A stretch of 7,084 nt of DNA, taken from contig NW_021828975.1 in NCBI RefSeq assembly GCF_006345805.1, forward strand, positions 1 to 7,084, read 5' to 3'. This DNA comes from Octopus sinensis. Taxonomy: Eukaryota. Numbering within the stretch: position 1 is the stretch's first letter; each line of letters starts with the position of its first letter. Shown piece by piece: positions 1-7,084 of the stretch. The notes beneath the pieces are model-generated. The model saw nothing but the letters and a program-made list of their open reading frames with translations, searched no databases and had not been told where the DNA came from. Position numbers and translations under genes: made by a program.

Positions 1-431
1 TTTATATATATATAAATTATCAATTCAACAAAATAATGATATAATTAAATTATACCATGTAAACAAATAAAATTTACGATAAAAACATATACCATATTTA
101 AGTAAAGTACAAAATAATGAATAAATAGTATTTAATTAGTAAAAAGACCACACGTGTTTCGTGGTTATATTTACAAACTAATAACAGTAAAATCAATTCA
201 ATTTAAATATACCCACTCTTCAGGTCCCAGGTAAAAACAACAAAATAATTAAATAAAAAAATATACGTATATAATCTTACGTAAATTTACAATAAAAATT
301 GAACAAAATACAATAATATATCATAAAATACAAACATGAGATATCTTAACAAATATATTCTGGAATAAATAGATATAAATATTTATTATATCTATGAAAA
401 TAAATTTTAACTTATATATATAATAATATAT

Positions 432-731
432 ATGGCCATGAGATAGTACCTAGAAAGTTCCCCTCCGTGGCACAAGTCCGGGCAAGATTGCTTATTGAAA
501 ACCAGCATTCACCCCTCTCTATGCCACCGATGTTATCCAAGGGATGGACAAAGGCTATCACAGCTTCGCACCTGTAATGTTACCACTCATTTTCTACAGC
601 GGCATGAGCAATGAAATGAGCATGAAATGAAGTGTTGTGCTCAGGAAAACAACATTCCTGATCCAGGAATGAAACACACTGCCCCATGATTGTGAACCTG
701 ACTATCTAACCTCTAAGCCGTGCGCCTTCCC
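432..731 (-). mobile_element. tRNA-derived SINE, decayed copy, 3' tail missing (octopus-type, CORE-like central segment)
   Basis: Minus strand reads GGAAGGCGCACGGCTTAGAGGTTAGATAGTCAGGTTCACAATCATGGGGCAGTGTGTTTCATTCCTGG. It has an A-box-like CGGCTTAGAGG (720-710) and a decayed B-box GTTTCATTCC (675-666), followed by a CORE-like TTCCTGAGCACAACACTT. The GC-richer block has sharp edges against AT-rich flanks. The body matches my recollection of an abundant octopus SINE; family name not assigned. Confidence 0.8.
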
Positions 732-1221
732 TGTAAGAATACATACATTCCAATATTCATGTATTTATATGTAAGTATATGTATGTACGTCACTACATTC
801 ATGTGTATAAGCGTGTTGTATCTTATTTATATGACAATATATTCTGTATTAATTTATACAAACATTAATCTACAAATCATACAAATGATGTACAAATCAA
901 TAAAAAAAATATATTAAAATTCAACAACGAATATTATCGACACTAAGGCGAAAAACGAAACAGAGAAAGCGGAAACTTGGTAAAATCTAAAGATTACATA
1001 AAGAAAGAGTCAACAATATATGGAACAATAAGAAATAGTCTCGATGTAGAAACAAATGGGAAAAGAGAAAAAGCTGGAACAATAAAAGGAACGAAACGAA
1101 GAATTATAAAGAAGAAAAGATTAAAAAATACAAGAGTAACTAACAACAATTACGATAAAATTTTGATATCGATGGGAGAAGCGCATATTCTGTAACTTCG
1201 AAATAGTTTTTTTTTTCTAGG

Positions 1222-1880
1222 TATGTATTTTATGTTGGTGTCTGTATGTGTATTTGCGTGTGTGTATGTTTTGTGATTGTGTATACATATATATTAATAT
1301 CATATAATATAATGATATACATATACACACATATTTTTATATGCATATATATATTTATGTTTTGTAATATATATATATATATATATATATATGCGTAGTG
1401 TGTGGGTGCCTGTGCATGTGTGTATTCAGATATTTCACATGTACATGGCATATATATATATGTATGTGCGTGTGTGTGTGTATATATTATATATATATAT
1501 GTGGTGTGTGTGTGGTGTGTTGTTGTAAATATTTACATATATAAACATATCTATACGTACATACATACATTCAACACATACAAACACACATACATATGTA
1601 TCTATCTATCTATCTATCTATATATATAATATATATACACACACACACACACATATATATATATATCATTATATTATATCATATTAATATATATGTATAC
1701 ACACGCACACACACATAAACGCACATGCACCATATATGTATATATTTATATATATATATATGTGTGTGTGTGCATGTGCATTTATGTGTGTGTGTGTATA
1801 TATGTGTGTGTGTGTATGTATATATATATATATACACACACATATGTCTGTGTGTGTATGTGTGTATGTGTGTGTTTCCA
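1222..1880. repeat. Compound degenerate (TA)n/(TG)n/(CA)n/(TATC)n microsatellite field
   Basis: Directly visible alternating dinucleotide tracts with short interruptions. Confidence 0.92.
1706..1794. repeat. 25-bp inverted repeat (24/25 paired) with 39-nt AT-rich spacer
   Basis: 1706-1730 CACACACACATAAACGCACATGCAC is the reverse complement of 1770-1794 GTGCATGTGCATTTATGTGTGTGTG except C1720/A1780. The match includes non-microsatellite interruptions. Confidence 0.8.
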
Positions 1881-2189
1881 TCTCCCTTTACTCATTGAAA
1901 TATACTGAAAAATCTCCACACACCTGTATTCCACACCTTCTTTTATTGTATTACTAAAACTTTCTGAATTTCGATCAACATCTTTGGAATGTAGTTTGCT
2001 TTACAGACATTTTATTTTTTTCATATATATATATATATCAAAATGTAAAACAAATGCATCCATCTGAAGAAATAAAAAGCATTTATTCAACGAAAATCCA
2101 AAGCAAGGAATGGTAAATTGAAACCCCTTCCACTGCCATCGACACCAAAAAATTTTATTCAGGTGTATGTCACTGGATAGAATAATTAC

Positions 2190-2277
2190 CATTAAATTGC
2201 ACACCAGTCGTCTTTAACTTCCTGTAAATGGGCGCAAATCCATTAAAACTGACGAGAGAAGTGAAGGATGTGACATG
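2190..2277 (-). CDS. Candidate 88-nt internal coding exon of an unidentified gene (HVTSFTSLVSFNGFAPIYRKLKTTGVQFN+G)
   Basis: Minus strand has a ~55-nt T/C-rich tract ending CCTCTCTCTATAG| and a donor AATG|GTAATT. Exactly one frame (phase 0 in, phase 1 out) is open throughout. No homologue recognised. Confidence 0.3.
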
Positions 2278-2367
2278 CTATAGAGAGAGGAAAAAACATG
2301 AAAACAATAAACAGGAAAAAGAAAAAAACGACGCAAACACAGAGGCTTATAATAACGCGTAATATGT

Positions 2368-2392
2368 GTTGTTGTTGTTGGTGGTGATGGTG
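2368..2392. repeat. Short (GTT)n/(GGT)n trinucleotide repeat
   Basis: GTTGTTGTTGTTGGTGGTGATGGTG; source of the HHHHQQQQ stretch in the minus-strand ORF 2243-2506. Confidence 0.8.
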
Positions 2393-2416
2393 TTTTTGTT
2401 GTGTTTTGCTGTACAG

Positions 2417-2444
2417 TGAGTGTTGCGTATATCTAAAGGAAATG
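2417..2444 (+). other. Candidate 28-nt micro-exon ending in ATG
   Basis: Acceptor-like TTTTGCTGTACAG| and donor GAAATG|GTAAGC. Splice-signal pattern only. Confidence 0.15.
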
Positions 2445-2650
2445 GTAAGCAAAGAATTGTAATATAAAAGAGAAGTGCAGGATAGATGTGAAAACGGAAA
2501 TGTCATATAAGATTTGCAAATGTAAAAAAAAAAAAAACAATCGTCAATGAAAAAAAAATTCTATTTCAGTAAATAAATATTAAATAAAAATAACAACAAG
2601 CTCTGGCTTTCGCATTGCATTCGTTGTTTTTGATTTTTTTTTTATAATTC

Positions 2651-2661
2651 ATATGCATATG

Positions 2662-2699
<38 letters not shown>

Positions 2700-2720
2700 T
2701 ATATTATATAATATATTATA

Positions 2721-2752
<32 letters not shown>

Positions 2753-2843
2753 GATGTATATATATATATATAGATATGTATATATATATATATCTATATT
2801 TATATATATCTATAATATATATATATATGTATATATATTATTA

Positions 2844-2934
<91 letters not shown>

Positions 2935-3007
2935 GATATATATGTAATCTATATCCTATATATCTATGTATATATATAATATGATATATCTATATAAAAA
3001 CTATATA

Positions 3008-3039
<32 letters not shown>

Positions 3040-3277
3040 CTCTATATATATATATATATAATATACTATTATACATACATATATACATTTAGATATATCG
3101 CATATATTATATATATCTAATATATTATACACAAGTATATATTTGTGTGTGTATACGTATATATGTAGACACATATATACATGCATATATATAGATATCT
3201 ATATATATATATATATATACTATATGTATACACTTACATAACATACCTGCATATATATATATACTGACACTAACACA

Positions 3278-3313
<36 letters not shown>

Positions 3314-3315
3314 AT
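2651..3315. repeat. Long interrupted (TA)n microsatellite field
   Basis: About 660 bp dominated by TA repeats, including a long pure run at roughly 2882-2932. Confidence 0.95.
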
Positions 3316-3329
3316 ACGTTTGAATATTG

Positions 3330-3480
3330 TGCACCTGCAATATATGGAATGTAAAGTTGGCAAACTGTGAACAAAAGGCTTAATTCGTAGGTGCGGAAAT
3401 ACACGAGTCGCATTTTACTCAGTCACCACTCCCGCCGCCATCGGCACAATTATATATCTATTTGGTTGAGCGGCTGTGAA
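3330..3480. other. Unique GC-richer island between two microsatellite fields; possible regulatory element or first exon on the minus strand
   Basis: Contains CCCGCCGCCATC (YY1-core-like) and GCGGAAAT. The minus strand gives AAAATG at 3413 opening MRLVYFRTYELSLLFTVCQLYIPYIA, then GCAG|GTGCAC (weak donor). Confidence 0.2.
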
Positions 3481-3595
3481 TATATATATAATATATATGT
3501 ATTTATATGCTTGTATGTATGTAAGTAGTTATGTATGTAAGTATGTACGTACGTTTTTATGTATGCACGCATATAGGCATGTATATGCATGCATG

Positions 3596-3665
<70 letters not shown>
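3480..3665. repeat. (TA)n/(TATG)n/(TG)n microsatellite field
   Basis: Directly visible, ending in pure (TA)n then pure (TG)n. Confidence 0.92.
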
Positions 3666-3666
<1 letters not shown>

Positions 3667-3820
3667 CCATTCATGAACGTATATATTCTTATAGTTATTT
3701 TTCAATATTAGTAATATTGAAAACCTTTTATAAAGTATTTTGAACTAAAAGTTTATTCTTGTTTCTTTAAATTAGTACATCTCTATCTATGTAGGGAACC
3801 ACACATATAACCCGATGCAT

Positions 3821-4092
3821 AGACTGACAGACAGACAGACAAACGACAGACAGATAGACCGACAGACAGAAAGACAGACTGACAGACAGACAGACAGATA
3901 GATAGATAAATAGGTAGATGAGGGAGAGAGTGAGTGAGAGAGAAATAGAGAGAGAGACAGTCAGACAGAGAGCAGGTAGGCAGGCAGACAGTTGGATTGA
4001 TTCATGGAGAGAGAGAGAAAGAGAGAGAGACAGAGAGACAGAGAGAGAGACAGACAGACAGGGAAGCAGGCAGGTAGACTGATAGATAGATT

Positions 4093-4181
<89 letters not shown>

Positions 4182-4289
4182 ATAGATTGATAGATAGATA
4201 GATAGATAGATAGTCAGATAGAAAAATAGAAAGATAGATGGATGGATGGATGAAAAGGGAGAGAGAAAGAGAAAGACAGACAGTCAAAC

Positions 4290-4356
<67 letters not shown>

Positions 4357-4388
4357 CAGATAGACAGATAGACAGTAGTAGTAGAGAT

Positions 4389-4473
<85 letters not shown>
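3821..4473. repeat. Compound (GACA)n/(GA)n/(GATA)n tetranucleotide satellite with three long GATA runs
   Basis: Directly visible. Near-perfect GATA runs lie at about 4093-4210, 4290-4355 and 4391-4473. Source of the IYLS-repeat ORFs. Confidence 0.96.
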
Positions 4474-4494
4474 TGCATCGCTGAAATGCCTTCC

Positions 4495-5770
4495 AAATAA
4501 AATGGCGTGGAAACATTTCGAAATTTCTTGTTAACTTATCACAATAATTGTCAGAAAGTTCGAACTTTTGAAATTAGTCTCAAGCCTATAAAATAGCTTT
4601 CAATCTTTTATTTTAGCAGTTGTTAAGTTTTCATCAGATAGCCGTAAAAATCTGTATAAAGCCAACAACAAATCATACACGAAATATCATTGCCTCATGT
4701 TATCGCTAACATTTGTATAAAATAACTGACAATAAAACACACAGTTCTTAATCCGTAGAAACTAAATAAATTCCAGAACTTTATCGAGTTGACGGATAGC
4801 AATATTTATCTACCCATTAACCCTTCGCCTCATTGGATCACCATAAAGAAAATTTCATTTGTAAACTGACATATAAGTTGATTGAGTCTTCTAGAAAGGA
4901 CGTTTGGCCAATCAGTAATAACATCTTAGATTTTAATATGTTGCAATCATACCGAGAATAATATATACTATAATTTTACCCCAACATAATGAAATTACTT
5001 TTCTATGCAGCCTTAGATATTCCTATTAATTTTGCTTCAATAAGTAAATCACATTAAGATTGTTATGCATGCAAGAATATCTATAATATTGTCATTTTGA
5101 TAAAACTTGTTTTCGATTGAAAAGAACAGTGTTGAGTGTTTTGATATTTCCATCGCCTTCTTAAGACGGGTTTGATCTAAGCAAAGTTACTGGGCCTATA
5201 TTTTTAATAGAGTTACCATTAATTACAAGAGGCAATTACCGAGACGATGGCCTAATTGTGTAGCGTAATATAAATGGTTATGATTTAGATAGATTTATGA
5301 AAGCGTCCTAGATCTAATTCTTAAATTAGATCTAACGATCACGGCTGATACAAATGTTGCTGTAACTGACTTGCTAGGCGTCAAGTTAAGCCTATATATT
5401 CATAAATATCCTTTTAGAATAGCCAAACACTACAGTATATCAACAGGAATTCAAACATACTCCTATAATTTCTAAGAATTCTATAATGTCACGGTAATTA
5501 AAACATTAATTCCATATTTTATGATGTGGTCCTCTTTCATAGCACTGCTCACCATTATGAATCTGATACGATATAGTATTGGTTTTATTATAGAGAGTGA
5601 TAGGAGTGATCATGATGAAGATGGTCATGGAAGTTAGATCTAAGACGATACAAAAAACAAAAAGACGATTGAACTTTCTCCACGAAAACTGCTGATTTGC
5701 CTTGAAAACGCATTTTATGAATGGTTATAAAACTATAAAATCGTTGAAAGATTTGAACTGACAACAGACT
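4495..5770 (+). mobile_element. Decayed Penelope-like retroelement, reverse-transcriptase region, with stops and frameshifts
   Basis: Collinear motifs across frames: SSDSRKNLYK (4631-4660), FIELTD..INP (4780-4824), FYPNI (4974-4988), IKIVMHAR (5053-5076), FDISIAF (5140-5160), DGFDLSKVTGPIFL (5165-5206), GNYRDDGL (5231-5254), LTITADTNVAVTDLLGVKLSL (5332-5394), YIHK (5395-5406), KTHF (5705-5716). These follow the order I recall for marine-invertebrate PLE RTs (ADKTRNLYK, FITLKD..RLINP, FYPSI, IIMHAR, FDVTMGSYDGAEVCELVG, GLYRDDGL, ITIDTNLKIVNFLDVTLNL, YIHK, KHF). Outer boundaries are approximate. Confidence 0.8.
5309..5334. repeat. Perfect 11-bp hairpin TAGATCTAATT-CTTA-AATTAGATCTA
   Basis: Arms 5309-5319 and 5324-5334 are exact reverse complements with a 4-nt loop. 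Confidence 0.85.
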
Positions 5771-5941
5771 AGGCGTAGGAGTGGCTGTGTGGTAAGGAAC
5801 TTTCTTACCAACCAAATGGTCCCGGGTTCAGTCCCACTGCGTGGCATCTTGGGTAGGTGTCTTCTACTATAGCCTCGGGCCGACCAGAGCCTTGTGAGTA
5901 GATTTGGTAGACGGAAACTGAAAGAAGCCGTCGTATATCTG

Positions 5942-5977
<36 letters not shown>

Positions 5978-6237
5978 ATATATTATATATATAATGTGTG
6001 TTGTGTGTGTGTGTGTGCGTGTGTATTGTGTCTGTTGTTTTGTGTGTTCTGTATTTTCCCCAACATCTTGACAACCGATGCTGGTGTGTTTACCTCCTCG
6101 TAACTTAGCGGTTCGGTAAAAGAAACCGATAGAATAAGTACTAGGCTTACAAAGAATAAGTCCTGGAGTCGATTTGCTCCACCTAAAGGCGGTGCTCCAG
6201 CATGGCCACTGTGAAATGACTGAAACAAGTAAAAGAA
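5771..6237 (+). mobile_element. Near full-length tRNA-derived SINE (octopus-type, CORE-like) with internal microsatellite
   Basis: Head AGGCGTAGGAGTGGCTGTGTGGTAAG with A-box TGGCTGTGTGG (5782-5792) and B-box GGTTCAGTCCC (5825-5835). Then CORE-like GGCATCTTGGGTAGGTGTCTT, an internal (TA)n/(TG)n tract at about 5934-6025, and a 3' body ending GAAACAAGTAAAAGAA. Matches my recollection of a very abundant octopus SINE. Confidence 0.88.
5782..5835 (+). promoter_or_regulatory. Internal RNA polymerase III promoter (A and B boxes) of the SINE
   Basis: TGGCTGTGTGG and GGTTCAGTCCC at tRNA-like spacing. Confidence 0.65.
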
Positions 6238-6240
6238 TAC

Positions 6241-6480
6241 TGGTTACATATCACTTCGTCGTTATTATTATTATCACCGTAGTTAACTAGTTACCTAAAC
6301 AAGTAGTTTAACCAATCATTTAATGTACCTCCTAGAGTTTTACCGTCTTCTCGTTATACGAAGTAACCTTGTCGATAGCGTGTCAGGAAGTAGTTTTGTA
6401 ATTAGTACCAAGTAATTATTCAGTTTTAGTCTCGGTATTCGATTTGTAGTTACTGGTATTTTAACTACGTATTTGTATGA
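6241..6480. other. Segment with inverted dinucleotide biases (mirror-like sequence)
   Basis: Hand counts: CG 11 vs GC 1, TA 36 vs AT 19, AC+GT 44 vs CA+TG 18. The confidence value refers to the mirror interpretation; the counts themselves are direct. Confidence 0.45.
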
Positions 6481-6680
6481 ATGTGTGCCTATGTGTGTAT
6501 GTGTTGGGAGATGACGTGTCTTTTGCTTTTTGTTTCATCATCATATGCTTGTATATGTAGTCTGTGTTTCCCAGAGTATGTGTGCATCATCTGCTGTTCG
6601 CTCATGCGTGCCAGTGCTCAGTAGTTAGTTAGTCGTGGTCGTTGGTTTAATGTTTAAATGGGGTGTTTTGATTATTTCAG

Positions 6681-6769
6681 CTTATTATCTATAAATACCC
6701 AAGCAAACAGAGGATAATCAGTTTCTGGAACAAGTACTACGGCGTGCAAATTAGCAGCAAGAAGTAACG
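6681..6769 (+). other. Candidate 89-nt exon (phase-0 frame LIIYKYPSKQRIISFWNKYYGVQISSKK*)
   Basis: Acceptor TTTTGATTATTTCAG| and consensus donor AACG|GTAAGT. One frame is open up to a TAA two bases before the donor. No homologue recognised. Confidence 0.25.
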
Positions 6770-6971
6770 GTAAGTATAACTCATCGACAAGGTCACATGC
6801 TGGGATGAAATGATTGATTGAAGCAACTTATTGATTGAATAAATGATCAATATATTTATCAAGGATTTGATTAGTTAACTAAATAGTTAATTAAGTAAAA
6901 CCAAAAACAAAGAAAAAAATTAAATTAAAAACTATTGCGCACGATGTTATTCGCAATATGATAACCCTCAT

Positions 6972-7084
6972 AAGGCGGCGAGCTTGCAGAAACGTTAGCA
7001 CGCTGGGCTTAGCGGTATTTCACCTGTCTTCACGTTCTGAGTTCAAATTCTACCGAGGTCGACTTTGCTTTTCATCATTCGGGG
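6972..7084 (+). mobile_element. tRNA-derived SINE, 5' part, cut by the window end (different octopus-type family)
   Basis: AAGGCGGCGAGCTTGCAGAAACGTTAGCACG...CTTAGCGGTATTT...GAGTTCAAATTC (B-box-like, 7039-7050)...GAGGTCGACTTTGCTTTTCATC matches my recollection of a common octopus SINE head. Confidence 0.85.

Noticed and set aside
147-165. Small hairpin ACCAC…GTGGT with E-box CACGTG; considered as a Helitron 3' end
   Set aside because: The stem is only 5-6 bp and no CTRR terminus follows.
977-1195. 72-aa K/R-rich ORF (TTG start), faintly like the basic tail of an RTE-type RT
   Set aside because: Non-ATG start, A-rich low-complexity composition and no convincing conserved motif.
2249-2270. CTGACGA, and minus-strand CTGATGA at 4637-4631, as hammerhead ribozyme cores (PLEs often carry them)
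   Set aside because: Neither is followed by a stem II and GAAA core with closing helices.
2243-2506. Minus-strand 87-aa ORF with HHHHQQQQ
   Set aside because: The homopolymeric residues come from the (GTT)/(GGT) repeat, and the F-rich part comes from an A-rich tract.
720-4496. Most ORF-track entries (YI-, CV-, HT- and IYLS-rich peptides)
   Set aside because: They are translations of (TA)n, (TG)n, (CA)n and (GATA)n tracts that lack stops for compositional reasons.
5521-5637. 38-aa ORF MMWSSFIALLTIMNLIRYSIGFIIESDRSDHDEDGHGS resembling a signal peptide plus acidic tail
   Set aside because: It lies inside the PLE fossil, probably in a shifted frame. The acidic tail derives from a decayed GAT repeat and there is no good splice donor.
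5771-5845. Possible genuine tRNA genes (also 660-731 and 6972-7055)
   Set aside because: No intact cloverleaf; each continues into a SINE body, so they are SINE heads.
5588-6228. ORF-track entries overlapping the second SINE
   Set aside because: They are read through SINE and microsatellite sequence, with no coding evidence.
6238-6480. Expected GIY-YIG endonuclease continuation of the PLE
   Set aside because: The three plus frames show no CNC/CPL, YIG or downstream motifs.
1-7084. CRISPR array, operon or other prokaryotic system
   Set aside because: No repeat-spacer periodicity or gene-dense organisation; the tandem repeats are simple microsatellites in eukaryotic DNA.

Overview
AT-rich, microsatellite-dense eukaryotic non-coding DNA. 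The SINE types and repeat landscape suggest a coleoid cephalopod, probably Octopus (inference from recalled repeat families, no database search run). No complete protein-coding gene is evident, and most ORFs in the supplied track are translated (TA)n/(CA)n/(GATA)n repeats. Supported content: three tRNA-derived SINEs (432-731 minus, 5771-6237 plus, 6972-end plus), four large microsatellite fields, and a heavily decayed Penelope-like (PLE) reverse-transcriptase fossil at about 4495-5770. The PLE is missed by the ORF track but retains ordered motifs (FYP, IVMHAR, FD..DG, GNYRDDGL, ITADTN, YIHK) across frameshifts. The most unusual observation is a ~240 bp segment directly after the second SINE (6241-6480) whose dinucleotide biases are all inverted, as if it were the mirror image (complemented but not reversed) of ordinary DNA. 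Several weak candidate exons or splice signals and two discrete hairpins are also noted. All counts were done by hand.
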